IMG/VR virus record: IMGVR_UViG_3300007512_000012
Location: 1 to 64,000 of that record
Length of the DNA stretch: 64,000 bases
Source: a virus
Direction: 5' to 3' (one strand)
The notes beneath the pieces are model-generated. The model saw only the letters and a program-made list of their open reading frames with translations, was not told where the DNA came from and did no database searches. The translations under genes and the position numbers were made by a program. Shown here piece by piece: positions 37,316 through 46,449 of the stretch; position 1 is the first letter of the stretch; the number at the start of each line of letters is the position of its first letter.

Positions 37316-37551
37316 CAGTCGGTCTTCTTCCCGGTCAGCACGGTGACGGTGAGCTTGTCGGGCACCAGCTCGACCACGTTGCCCGCCCCGTCCGTCTTCT
37401 TGTGGACCTCGCGGCTCTGCTCGATGTGCAGCTCGTCGAAGTCGAACACCGTCTTCGGCACGTCCGGGTCGGCGAACTCGACGGTCACCCGTGCGCCCTG
37501 CGCGGGCCGCTCGTCCAGAAAAGAAACCTGCTCGAAGCCTTCGTCGCTCAT
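37315..37551 (-). CDS. Hypothetical protein (78 aa, MSDEGFEQVSF...)
   Basis: ATGA overlap with the actin gene stop; typical codon bias. Confidence 0.6.
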   Translation of the reverse strand: MSDEGFEQVSFLDERPAQGARVTVEFADPDVPKTVFDFDELHIEQSREVHKKTDGAGNVVELVPDKLTVTVLTGKKTD

Positions 37552-38558
37552 TCCTCGTACTCCTGCATCGCCTGGACCAGCATCCCGAAGGCGACGGCGT
37601 TGAGGGGGTCCTTGGCCGCGCGGACTTCGCTGACCTCGATGGGGAACTTGCGCTTCTTCTTCCGCCAGACCTTGTTGAAGAGGTCGAGGAAGCTGCCCGC
37701 CTGGCTCGTGCCGCCGGAGACGATGATCGGGATCGGCTTCGGGAAGGTGTACTGCCCGGCCTTCGAGGCGAAGTGGGCCACGACCTGGTCGAGCGCGAAC
37801 TCGATCATCGCCTTGTAGTACAGGGCGAGCGCCTCCTCCGGCTGCGTCTCGTGCGTCACCAGGTCGATGCCCGCCTCCTTGAGGGCGCACATCTGAGCCT
37901 GCGTCATGCCCACCGCCTGAGCGGCGTGCTTGTCGATCCAGTCCCCACCCCGCTGCACGGAGAAGGACAGCACCTCGGTCGTGTTCAGGGCCAGGGCCAC
38001 GTTCGTCATGCCCGAGCCGAAGCTGAAGGACAGGCCGCTGAAGCCCTCGGGGGCGCACTCGGAGAAGATGATCGCCATCGCCTCGTTCGCGGGGAACGGG
38101 TCGAAGCCGCACTCCTCCACGATGCGCTCGAAGACGCCCCGGTGGTAGATGATGTCCCGGTCCGGCTGGTCCAGGGGCGGAGCGGGCACCGAGAAGTAGC
38201 AGACCTCGTCGGAGGTCGCGGGGTCGCCGAGCACGTTCTGGATGAGCAGCTTCAGCACGCCGAGGGCGTCCTGCTCGCTGGCGGAGATCAGGCCCCCGGC
38301 CAGCGGGCGTCGCGGATCGCCGCCGAAGACGTTCGCCATCTCCATCGCCGCGTCGCCGAGGATGAGCATGTCGTCCTCACGCTCGACGTAGCTCGTGTCC
38401 GAGAGCTTGAGCATCCGGCTCTTGCTCTTCGGCAAGGACATGAAGGCGTCGCGCATCCGCTTCGTCTCGATGCCGCTGGCGGCCCGGCGAGCGGAGACGA
38501 TGTTCATCGTCCCGATGTCCAGCCCGACCCCGAAGGTCTGCTTCTTCTTCGCGCTCAT
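37548..38558 (-). CDS. Actin-like ATPase, volactin-like
   Basis: Phosphate-1 GLDIGTMNI, connect-1 ANEAMAII, phosphate-2 SFGSGMTNV, RGGDWID, adenosine IIVSGGTS and connect-2 DPLNAVAFG motifs are all intact. Confidence 0.85.
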   Translation of the reverse strand: MSAKKKQTFGVGLDIGTMNIVSARRAASGIETKRMRDAFMSLPKSKSRMLKLSDTSYVEREDDMLILGDAAMEMANVFGGDPRRPLAGGLISASEQDALGVLKLLIQNVLGDPATSDEVCYFSVPAPPLDQPDRDIIYHRGVFERIVEECGFDPFPANEAMAIIFSECAPEGFSGLSFSFGSGMTNVALALNTTEVLSFSVQRGGDWIDKHAAQAVGMTQAQMCALKEAGIDLVTHETQPEEALALYYKAMIEFALDQVVAHFASKAGQYTFPKPIPIIVSGGTSQAGSFLDLFNKVWRKKKRKFPIEVSEVRAAKDPLNAVAFGMLVQAMQEYEE

Positions 38559-39211
38559 TCCGGCTTCTCCGTGCGTCGTTTCTTACCAGCCCCACGGGCT
38601 GCCCGCAGAGCGGCTGCTGCGTCCGACACTACCCCTTCGTCCGCCTTCTCCGACTCCAGCCCCAGATCGGCCTGGAGTCCGTCGATCTTCGACGGGACGA
38701 ACACGGGCACGTCTCCATCGACAGGCACCGTACCCGCCTGCGGGGCCTGTGCCGCCACCTGCTGCACCGGATTGACTTTCAGGGACGCCAGGACCCCCTC
38801 GACCACGCGGGCCACGAGACGGTCTTCGAGGGCCTGTACCTGGCGACCCACCTCTACCCGCACGGCGGCCGTGATGGGGTTGCGGCCCAGCTCGTGAACG
38901 ACCCGTGCGGCGATCTCGCCAGGGTCCACGATGACGATCTCGGTGGTCGCCTCGTCAATGGGCTCCGGCGGAGCTGCGACCATGCCGCGAGCCGGGATGA
39001 GGGGGTGCGGGGCCACGGGGGCCTTCCTGCGCTCCTTGAATCGCTCGACGTACTTCACCGCCACCGCGCCTACTCGCCAGGCCCTCTGCATGTCCTTCGA
39101 GGCACGGGCCTTCGCGGCGTCCATGAACACCACCTGACCCCTCGTCAGGTGCAGGTCCAGGTCGGACAGGGTGATCCCCTGGCACTCGCACTCGATGCGG
39201 GCCTCGATCAC
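38555..39211 (-). CDS. Hypothetical protein (218 aa) coupled to the actin gene
   Basis: GTG 39211 overlaps the upstream stop, and its own stop overlaps the actin ATG. Basic C-terminus. Confidence 0.65.
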   Translation of the reverse strand: MIEARIECECQGITLSDLDLHLTRGQVVFMDAAKARASKDMQRAWRVGAVAVKYVERFKERRKAPVAPHPLIPARGMVAAPPEPIDEATTEIVIVDPGEIAARVVHELGRNPITAAVRVEVGRQVQALEDRLVARVVEGVLASLKVNPVQQVAAQAPQAGTVPVDGDVPVFVPSKIDGLQADLGLESEKADEGVVSDAAAALRAARGAGKKRRTEKPE

Positions 39212-39822
39212 TGGCTCAACGCCTTGACGACGCCCTTGAGAGCCTCCGCCTGGAGGATCTTGATGCACCCGGCCTTGCCCGTCCTGACCGCGCGCTCGAT
39301 GAACGTGAAGCGGGCGATACCGGGGTGGACCCAGGCGTCCTCCAACTTCAGCGGGGCCGTTCGGAAGACCACCGTGCCACCTCCTCGGGGCTTGATGGGG
39401 ACCACCAAAGGCATCCGGTCCCCGTCTCGCACCCTACCCGCCCGCTTCATCCCCTTCTTCTTCTCGGCGTCCGTCAGCGGGTAGCGGGTGGGCCTGGTGT
39501 TCTTCGCCTCCTGGGTGAGCCAGGTCATCCGGTAGCGGGGGGTGTTGCGGGTGGTCAGCTCGTCGAGGTGGGGGTACGTGCTCAGGACTTCGAGGGTGCT
39601 CTCCCCCCGGATCTTGAAGCTGAACGAGTCCCAGATCATGGCCGAGCCGTCCTCGGCCTCACCCGACCAGCCTCGCTTGGCGAAGTCCTTCTTCGCCTCC
39701 TTGATGAAGGCGTCCACCAGGCACTCGCCGAGCTTCTCCAGCAGGTCCCTGGTGACCGGGATCTGCATCTTGCTCGCGACGGGGCCACCGTAGACGCCCC
39801 GGATTCGTCCGAGGTCGCCCAT
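39208..39822 (-). CDS. Putative neck / tail completion protein
   Basis: Lies after the head-closure-like gene. WVHPGIARFTFIERA C-terminal motif resembles neck (Ne1) proteins. Confidence 0.5.
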   Translation of the reverse strand: MGDLGRIRGVYGGPVASKMQIPVTRDLLEKLGECLVDAFIKEAKKDFAKRGWSGEAEDGSAMIWDSFSFKIRGESTLEVLSTYPHLDELTTRNTPRYRMTWLTQEAKNTRPTRYPLTDAEKKKGMKRAGRVRDGDRMPLVVPIKPRGGGTVVFRTAPLKLEDAWVHPGIARFTFIERAVRTGKAGCIKILQAEALKGVVKALSQ

Positions 39823-41228
39823 CAGTATTCGGTGTTCTCCCAGACCCTCGTGCGGCCCCTGCGCTCGTTCTCGTCGCAGATCTCAGCCTTCTCGGTCTGC
39901 ATCGGGTGCTGCGCATCGGTGCCCACAGGCCACGGGGCCGGACCCGCCATCGGGTGGTCCACCGGCTGCGGCGTGAAGGGCCGCACGCAGTGCTGGCCGC
40001 GAGTCTCGGGCCAGGCCAGTTCGGTCGTGCCGTAGACCGGGACCTTGTAGCGGATGTCGCCCTGGTCCAGGTAGGCGATGTTGAAGTGCTGCTGCATCAG
40101 GTTGCCCCGATGGGAAGGCCGCCGCACCGGACCGACCGAGTACCGCTCGTTGGTCTGCTTGATCACGAAGTCGCGCTGCGTGAGCAGCGGGCTCGGGCCG
40201 GTCCACACCTCGTAGGTGTGCTCCTTCCGCCGCCCGGACACCGCCTGCGAGATCCGCCGCTCGGCGTCGTCGGGGACGATGATGACCTCGTAGGGGCCTT
40301 CGTACCCGCCCTTGAAGCCCGTGCCGAAGCACGTCAGGCAGCGGTTCGAGGGCTGCTTGCTGTACTCCCTGGTCTTGTCCTCGATGGTGCAGTCGCAGGG
40401 GATGCCGAGGATCTTGCGGACGAACATCTTCACCCGCTCGCCGCCCTGCTGGAGAATCCAGGCGTTCCGCCGCATGGCCTCACGCCAGATGTAGTCCAGC
40501 TCCTCCACCTGGACGACGGACTTCGGCTCGGCCCACTCCAGGGGCGACTCGACGTACCCGCTCGGGGTCGTGGCGTCCACGGCGACCGTGGTCACCCTGT
40601 ACCAGATGTTGTGCTCCAGCCCGGACGGGACGTGGTTCGTCGGCGTGTAGTAGCTGATCTCCACCCGGTCGGCCTCGGTGGGCAAGACCGGGTCCACCTG
40701 CTGCTCGGTGCCCACGTCGAAGGTCGGCCGGTTGATGAGCGTGACCTCGCCGGTCTTCCCGAAGACCGTCTCGACCACCACCTCTTCGCCGTTGACGAAG
40801 AGCTGCACGTCGGTCGGCGAGTCCGCGAAGTTCACGTCCTGGTTGGGGGCCGAGTCGTACCGCTTCGCGATGGGGTTCTTGGTGCAGAACACCCATCGCC
40901 GGTCGTTCGGGGCGTCGCCCCGGTAGCGCCAGCTCGACCCCCACACCACCGTCTCCTTGGTGACGCGGGAGTAGTTCGTGCGGTCGCGGTAGAACCCGCC
41001 GCCGATGGGGAACTCGTTGATGCGGCGGAACGGGCCTCGGTCAGACGCCTCGGAGCGGTAGATGTTGACCCCGACGATGGTGAAGCCCGCGTTGCGGGCA
41101 AGCACAGAGGGGTCCTCCCACCGGATGTCGAGCATCCCGATGACGTAGGGGCTGACGACCTGCGGGTTCTTTGGGGGGAGCGGCTTGCCTGCCGCCCCCG
41201 CGCTCGTCCACTGCCACGCGGTCGTCAT
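39822..41228 (-). CDS. Putative head-closure/neck protein with a Zn-binding motif and Fn3-like N-terminus
   Basis: GGERVKMF...CDC...CLTCFGTGFKGGY...WTGPSPLLTQRDF...RYSV; N-terminal W...NIYRS. Confidence 0.6.
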   Translation of the reverse strand: MTTAWQWTSAGAAGKPLPPKNPQVVSPYVIGMLDIRWEDPSVLARNAGFTIVGVNIYRSEASDRGPFRRINEFPIGGGFYRDRTNYSRVTKETVVWGSSWRYRGDAPNDRRWVFCTKNPIAKRYDSAPNQDVNFADSPTDVQLFVNGEEVVVETVFGKTGEVTLINRPTFDVGTEQQVDPVLPTEADRVEISYYTPTNHVPSGLEHNIWYRVTTVAVDATTPSGYVESPLEWAEPKSVVQVEELDYIWREAMRRNAWILQQGGERVKMFVRKILGIPCDCTIEDKTREYSKQPSNRCLTCFGTGFKGGYEGPYEVIIVPDDAERRISQAVSGRRKEHTYEVWTGPSPLLTQRDFVIKQTNERYSVGPVRRPSHRGNLMQQHFNIAYLDQGDIRYKVPVYGTTELAWPETRGQHCVRPFTPQPVDHPMAGPAPWPVGTDAQHPMQTEKAEICDENERRGRTRVWENTEY

Positions 41229-41240
41229 CTACACCTCGTA

Positions 41241-41615
41241 TCACCCCGCTTCGGGGGCCTCCGGGGCCTCGGGGTTGTCGGCGGGCGGGTTGGGCACCGG
41301 GCGGAGGATCGGGGGAGCCCCGACCTGCACGGCCTTGCCGTCCTGCGTCACCGACCAGGCGGTCCCCTCGGGGATGCCGAGCCGCTTGCCCTCCTCCATC
41401 ACCACCTGGTTCGTCGCGTTCTCCAGGCGACGAAGCTGATCCATCAGCCGGTGCTCCTGCACCCGGTGGACGCCGATCTGGTGGACCGTCTGATCCGCCT
41501 GCTGCTTCAGGCCGGTGAGCTTCGCCAGGGCCTCGGGGAGAACCTCGCCGAGGACGATCTGGCCGGGCTGGCCGGGGTGCTGCTGGACGGTCGCGTTGTT
41601 GTTGTCGTCGCTCAT
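41241..41615 (-). CDS. Hypothetical coiled-coil protein (124 aa)
   Basis: ATG 41615 after GGAAGGA. Confidence 0.65.
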   Translation of the reverse strand: MSDDNNNATVQQHPGQPGQIVLGEVLPEALAKLTGLKQQADQTVHQIGVHRVQEHRLMDQLRRLENATNQVVMEEGKRLGIPEGTAWSVTQDGKAVQVGAPPILRPVPNPPADNPEAPEAPEAG

Positions 41616-41649
41616 GTTTCCTTCCGGGTTCGGGTAGCCGAGCGCCACC

Positions 41650-41874
41650 CTACCCCTCTGGCCCCTGGAGGCTCTCGCTCAGCCGCCGCAGCCGCGTCAG
41701 GAAGTTGATCAGGTGGACCCCGACCTTGCTCTTCATCCGCAACCGCTTCGGCGGGCTGATGATGTTCGGAGCCCGCGTGAAGGAGTAGTAGACGACGCCT
41801 TCGTCGTCCCTGTACTCGTAGACCCGCTGCCCGAAGGCCGCCTGGATCTCGCGCTTGGTCGGGTGCTCGCTCAC
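41650..41874 (-). CDS. Hypothetical protein (74 aa)
   Basis: GTGA overlap with the upstream stop. Confidence 0.6.
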   Translation of the reverse strand: MSEHPTKREIQAAFGQRVYEYRDDEGVVYYSFTRAPNIISPPKRLRMKSKVGVHLINFLTRLRRLSESLQGPEG

Positions 41875-42581
41875 TTCGTCGGCTCCGGCGGCTCGAACAG
41901 CAGCTTCAGCTCCCGCCACTCGCTCCACCAGCTCATCACCTCGGGGTTGTTCGCAGCCTCGGGCGGGGGCGTGTCGAACTGCCAGTTGTGGACGGTGGCG
42001 AACTCCGACAGGCGCTCGTACCGCTGCTGCTTCACCGCAAGGGCGAGATCCTCGACATCCCGGTCCAGCGCCTTGATCTTCTTGTAGGTCCGCTTGACGA
42101 CCTTCTGCTGTGCCTGCACCGCCTTGACCGGCTCGGGCGTCGGATCAGGGGTCGCCTTCGGTGTGGGCTTCGGCGTCGGGGTCACCGCCTGTGCGAGCAT
42201 CGGGGGCGTCGGCCCCTCCGCACCGGCATCCACCTCGCCCGAGGGGTCCGGGGCAGGCTGGACCTCCACATGCTCCGGGGCCGCACCGACCGGCGTCGCG
42301 AGCTGCGCAAGCAGGACCGGCTCTGGCGTGGGGGCCATCACCGGGGGCGGGGCCGCCATCGCCATCGCAGGCATGGGCTCGGGCTCAGGCATGGCCTCGA
42401 CCTCGTCTGCGACGGGGTCCTCGACGACCTCGACGGCCACCGGGGCCATCTCGTCGGCCGCCATCATCTCGTAGGCGACCGGCTCGGCCTCTGCGCTGGC
42501 CTCTCGCTGGCAGCCGCTACCGAGGAGGCAGAGAGCGCCGAAGGTCAGAGCGAATGTCGTCCAGTCGCCTGTTGGTCGCAT
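41871..42581 (-). CDS. Pro-rich lipoprotein, candidate o-spanin
   Basis: Signal peptide with lipobox-like LLGSG-C followed by Q, Pro/Ala-rich linker, C-terminal coiled coil. Overlaps the 3' end of the TM protein gene in another frame. Confidence 0.5.
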   Translation of the reverse strand: MRPTGDWTTFALTFGALCLLGSGCQREASAEAEPVAYEMMAADEMAPVAVEVVEDPVADEVEAMPEPEPMPAMAMAAPPPVMAPTPEPVLLAQLATPVGAAPEHVEVQPAPDPSGEVDAGAEGPTPPMLAQAVTPTPKPTPKATPDPTPEPVKAVQAQQKVVKRTYKKIKALDRDVEDLALAVKQQRYERLSEFATVHNWQFDTPPPEAANNPEVMSWWSEWRELKLLFEPPEPTK

Positions 42582-42792
42582 CGAGCTTCTCCTCCACCCT
42601 GCCGAGAGACGTGGTGTTCGCGGTCACGCCGTCCTTGATCGCCTTCGCAGCCGCCACCTCGGACTCCAGCCGCTCGATCTTCTCGTCCTGCACAGCCTGT
42701 CCGACTTCGAGCTTCACGCCCCACAGCAGCAACGGAATGACCAGGACCGACAGGATCTTGAACGCGAGGTCTGTCCACTTTGATTTGTCCAT
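42517..42792 (-). CDS. N-terminal TM plus coiled-coil protein, candidate i-spanin (or holin-like)
   Basis: ILSVLVIPLLLWGV TM segment followed by a heptad-rich region; GGAGG RBS. Confidence 0.5.
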   Translation of the reverse strand: MDKSKWTDLAFKILSVLVIPLLLWGVKLEVGQAVQDEKIERLESEVAAAKAIKDGVTANTTSLGRVEEKLDATNRRLDDIRSDLRRSLPPR

Positions 42793-42820
42793 CGGTTCCT
42801 CCGGTCAGGGGGACAGCTTC

Positions 42821-42840
42821 TTATCCTCTGCCGGGTATAG
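42821..42840 (-). promoter_or_regulatory. Putative late promoter CTAT-N12-ATAA
   Basis: Recurring motif at the head of the 42.8-37 kb operon. Confidence 0.55.
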
Positions 42841-42882
42841 GAAGACCACCACCCCACCAGCGACCGGCTTCGGCCCGGAGAG

Positions 42883-43854
42883 ATGCACATGCCCGTTCCC
42901 GAGCGACTCCAGAAGTTCACGACCCCCATGCCCGTCCTCGACGACGGCCACATCCAGCTCATCGACGTGATGGGGGACGACCTCGCCATCATCGACGCCG
43001 CCCGCGTCAGCTTCTTCGGCCACTCCTCCGAGCACACCGACGCGCAGAACCGCAGCCTGCTCCGCTACCTCATGCGGGGGCGGCACACGACGCCGTTCGA
43101 GATGTGCGAGCTGAAGATCCGCGTGCGGGTCCCGATGGACGCCTGGCGGCAGTGGATTCGCCACCGCACGGCGAACGTGAACGAGTCCTCGACCCGCTAC
43201 GCCCCGGCCATCGACTCCGCGCAGAAGGTCACCACCTGGCGGTCGCAGAGCAAGGACAACAAGCAGGGGTCGGCGGGCGAGGTCGGCGGCTGGCCCGAGG
43301 GCTTCGAGATCCGCATGGACGACGACAACGGCGAGTTCCCGTTCGGCGGGTGGGTCGGCAGCGACTACTTCACCAGCCCGGCCAACTACCTGACGGAGCG
43401 GGAGAGCGAGGCGCAGCGCACGGCCCGCGAGGTGTACGAGGAGCGGCTGTCCTTCGGCGTCGCGAAGGAGCAGGCCCGCAAGGACCTCCCGCTCTCCACG
43501 TACACCGAGGCGTACTGGAAGATGGACCTCCACAACCTGTTCCACTTCCTCGGCCTGCGGCTCGACCCCCACGCGCAGCAGGAGATTCGCGAGTACGCCA
43601 ACGCCATCGCCGAGATCGTGAAGGTGTGGGTGCCCTGGGCGTGGGAGGCGTTCGAGGACTACCGGCTCCAGGCCATGTACCTGACGCGGGCCGACGTGGT
43701 CGGGCTCTCCAGCCTCCTGCGGATGCTCCCCGAGGCCATCGACAAGAGCGTCGCCGAGATCGTCGCCGCCGGGGTGGCCGAGGCCGGGGTCAAGGGCCGC
43801 GAGAAGAAGGAGCTGACCGCGAAGCTCAACCGCCTGCTCACGCCCAGCGGGTAG
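42883..43854 (+). CDS. thyX: FAD-dependent thymidylate synthase ThyX
   Basis: AARVS, HTTPFEM, RQWIRHRTANVNESSTRY, GVAKEQARKDLP, LRLDPHAQQEIR. Confidence 0.95.
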   Translation: MHMPVPERLQKFTTPMPVLDDGHIQLIDVMGDDLAIIDAARVSFFGHSSEHTDAQNRSLLRYLMRGRHTTPFEMCELKIRVRVPMDAWRQWIRHRTANVNESSTRYAPAIDSAQKVTTWRSQSKDNKQGSAGEVGGWPEGFEIRMDDDNGEFPFGGWVGSDYFTSPANYLTERESEAQRTAREVYEERLSFGVAKEQARKDLPLSTYTEAYWKMDLHNLFHFLGLRLDPHAQQEIREYANAIAEIVKVWVPWAWEAFEDYRLQAMYLTRADVVGLSSLLRMLPEAIDKSVAEIVAAGVAEAGVKGREKKELTAKLNRLLTPSG

Positions 43855-43913
43855 ATGGAGCCCCCGTTAGTCACCTTATACTCCGCAGTATAGTGTGACC
43901 AGCGGAGACCCTG

Positions 43914-44495
43914 ATGCGAACCTGCACCGTCTGCGAGAAGCCCAAACCTCTCGACGAGTTCCCCGGCAAGGCCCAGCGGTGTCTGGAGTGCCGCAAGGAA
44001 GCCAACCGCCAGAAGCAGCAGCGGTATAGGGAGAGGCTGGCCGCCATGCCCAACCGCGTCTGCCCGCACTGCGAGCAAGACCTGCCCGCGTCGGCGTTCA
44101 CCGGGGGCAACACGCTCTGCCGGGCCTGCCACCGCGACTACCAGAACGCCTGGCGATGTTCGTCGCCGCAGCGGAAGCTCAAGCAGTTGCGGAACGCCGC
44201 CCGGAACAACGCCCGGAAGCAGGGCGTCCCGTTCGACCTCCCCGTCACCCACCTGGAGGCTCTGTGGGAGCAACAGGAGGGCAAGTGCCTCTACACGGGC
44301 ACCGAACTCACCTGGGCCAGCGACAGGGCGGACACGGCCATCAGCCTCGACCGGAGGGTTCCCGCCGAGGGGTACGTTGAGGGCAACGTCGTGCTGGCGT
44401 GTTGGGCGTTCAACCGGATGAAGCAGAACTTCACCTTCGAGGAGCTGGCGGGCTACTGCCGCCGCTACCTCGACTGGTACGAGAGGGCGGCATGA
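43914..44495 (+). CDS. Zn-finger HNH-type endonuclease
   Basis: Several CxxC pairs; QEGKCLYTG...SLDRRVPAEGYVEGNVVLACWAFNRMK. Confidence 0.75.
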   Translation: MRTCTVCEKPKPLDEFPGKAQRCLECRKEANRQKQQRYRERLAAMPNRVCPHCEQDLPASAFTGGNTLCRACHRDYQNAWRCSSPQRKLKQLRNAARNNARKQGVPFDLPVTHLEALWEQQEGKCLYTGTELTWASDRADTAISLDRRVPAEGYVEGNVVLACWAFNRMKQNFTFEELAGYCRRYLDWYERAA

Positions 44496-44884
44496 GGGGC
44501 GGAGCCCATTTGTATGTGATCCAGAGCCACACGACGGGGGCCTTCAAGGTCGGACGAAGCTCTGACCCCGAACGGCGGCTGCGGGACCTTCAGGTCGGCT
44601 CACCGTTCGAGCTGCGCATCATTCTTGTCGTCGAGAACGCGGGGTGGCGGGAGCGGCGGGTCCACCACGCACTCCGGGGCTACCGCTCGCAGGGGACGTA
44701 CAAGGGGGAGTGGTTCATCGAGCCCGGCCTCGGGAGCCTGCCCGACGACCTGTACGACCTGCTCGATCTCGAAGTGGTCAACTCGTGGTGGGAGACGGCC
44801 GCCGGGCCGATCCACCCGCCCGGTCCCCCGAGGGGGTGGATGGCGGGTCGAATCGACCTGACGCGGCCCCGCGAAGACGACTAG
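44492..44884 (+). CDS. GIY-YIG / T5orf172-family nuclease
   Basis: LYVIQ...FKVGRSSDPERRLRDLQVGSP...ERRVH...GEWF; ATG 44492. Confidence 0.8.
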   Translation: MRGGAHLYVIQSHTTGAFKVGRSSDPERRLRDLQVGSPFELRIILVVENAGWRERRVHHALRGYRSQGTYKGEWFIEPGLGSLPDDLYDLLDLEVVNSWWETAAGPIHPPGPPRGWMAGRIDLTRPREDD

Positions 44885-45633
44885 GCCGTCTCAGCCCACA
44901 TCTCCGCCAGCATCGCCTCGGTCTGCCTGCGGGCCTCCTTGAGGTGCTCGTCGCGCTCGGCCTTCGCCTCCGCCGAGAGCGTCAGGTCGGTCAGCGGCAC
45001 CTCGACATCCTCGCCGTCGATGATGACGAAGACGTGGTCGGGGGAACCCTCCTGCTCGGCCACGGCCACCGTCTCGCCCTGGTAGACGACCGTGATGCCG
45101 GGCTTGTTGGCGATCCACTGGAGGACGTGCCGGGCCTGCCGCTTGGCCTCGTCCGCCTTCATCTTGGCCGTGTCCGCCGCCCGGTCGAACTTCTCGGGGC
45201 CGAGGTCGAAGTTGGCGACCCACCGCGCGACGGCCTTCTCGTCCTCCATCCAGGCGGTGAACTCGGGCATGGCCTCGGCGACGTGCGGGTACAGATCGAT
45301 GAGCGAGGCCCACCAGCCGATAGCCTTCACCATCGTCATGCGGCACTCGACCACGTTGAACGTGTCGTACTTCGGGTTCGGGAACTCCTCGCCGTCCTTG
45401 CGGTAGGTCGCGTTGGTGTCCTGCCGGGTGCGGATGCCGAAGGAGATCATCGACTCCAGCAGCCGACCGACGCCGATGGCGTAGCTCCGGTTGAGCGGCT
45501 GCGCGCGGCGGACCTTCCAGTGCGCCTGGTGAACCTCGGGCGTCCAGGCCGCGTACCAGGCCAGGACGGTCAGGTCGCCCTTCGAGAGGGGCACCAGGAT
45601 GTTCAGGTCGGGCGTCGTCATCGGGATCTCCAT
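44881..45633 (-). CDS. Hypothetical protein (about 250 aa)
   Basis: Typical codon bias; promoter motif upstream. Confidence 0.7.
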   Translation of the reverse strand: MEIPMTTPDLNILVPLSKGDLTVLAWYAAWTPEVHQAHWKVRRAQPLNRSYAIGVGRLLESMISFGIRTRQDTNATYRKDGEEFPNPKYDTFNVVECRMTMVKAIGWWASLIDLYPHVAEAMPEFTAWMEDEKAVARWVANFDLGPEKFDRAADTAKMKADEAKRQARHVLQWIANKPGITVVYQGETVAVAEQEGSPDHVFVIIDGEDVEVPLTDLTLSAEAKAERDEHLKEARRQTEAMLAEMWAETA

Positions 45634-45644
45634 CGTCCGTGTCC

Positions 45645-45721
45645 ACCACTGGCGACGAGCCCTTTCTGAGCCTCGATCTTTTTCTGCTTTCAGGGCTCAG
45701 ACGAAGGAACCCGCCAGTAGT
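45645..45721. promoter_or_regulatory. Back-to-back divergent GGCTCA-N17-GTRGT promoters (minus 45645-45672, plus 45694-45721)
   Basis: Two exact motif copies flanking a T-rich spacer. Confidence 0.65.
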
Positions 45722-45742
45722 GGGGGTGGACGACGGAGAACG

Positions 45743-46447
45743 ATGATGACCACGACCCGCAAGTACGACCCCGCCAGCATCCGCCACCGCGAAGACCTGG
45801 CACACGAGCTTCAGACGATGCTCCGCACGGCGGGCTTCGAGCAGGTGACGCTGCCGGGCACGAACGAGGAGGTCTGGGGCCGCGTGAGCGACCGCAACGC
45901 CGACATCCGGGTCCTGGTCTACACGACCATCGAGCACGGCAAGGCTCGCCGCTGCGGCAAGGACGCCATCCGCGTCTGCGCCGTCTACAAGTCGGACCGC
46001 GACGGCAAGGAGCGAGGGCTGGCGAAAGCCGAGAAGCGGGTCAACCGGACCGGCACCATCGAGGCCATCTGCGAGCGCACCCTGACCCGGATGCGCAGCG
46101 TGTTCGGGCTGGCCCGGAACCCCGAGCGGTGCTCCTGCGGTGCCCCGAAGTTCAAGGCGAAGTCCGACAAGCACGTCTGCGCCCGCCTCTGCTGGCTCTC
46201 CGACGAGCAGCTTCGCCGACCGGCCCCCCGCCGGTCCACCCGCCGAGGCCGCCGGGGCTGGGGCCGCCGGAGCCACACCCCCGCCGCCACCACCAGCTAC
46301 CGCAGCGCCGTCCCGGCCGGTGCCCCGCTGCCCGCCTCCTGGGAGAACGCCCCGCTCGCCAAGCAGGTCGCTTGGATGATGGCGGCTGGCGACACCAGCG
46401 GCGAGGTCGATTGGGACCGCTGGGCCGACGAGCAGATGGGGAACTGA
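45743..46447 (+). CDS. Hypothetical protein with a Zn-finger-like CSC...CxxLC motif (234 aa)
   Basis: ATG 45743 after GGAG; RRCGKDAIRVC...KRVNRTG motif. Confidence 0.7.
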   Translation: MMTTTRKYDPASIRHREDLAHELQTMLRTAGFEQVTLPGTNEEVWGRVSDRNADIRVLVYTTIEHGKARRCGKDAIRVCAVYKSDRDGKERGLAKAEKRVNRTGTIEAICERTLTRMRSVFGLARNPERCSCGAPKFKAKSDKHVCARLCWLSDEQLRRPAPRRSTRRGRRGWGRRSHTPAATTSYRSAVPAGAPLPASWENAPLAKQVAWMMAAGDTSGEVDWDRWADEQMGN

Positions 46448-46449
46448 CG

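Noticed and set aside
37548-38558. Archaeal host inferred from the volactin-like gene
   Set aside because: Bacterial SD sites, TTGACA promoters, a peptidoglycan peptidase and spanin-like genes all point to a bacterial host.
43854-44495. Group I intron in thyX carrying the HNH gene
   Set aside because: thyX is complete with all motifs before its stop, and no second exon or intron core is recognisable.
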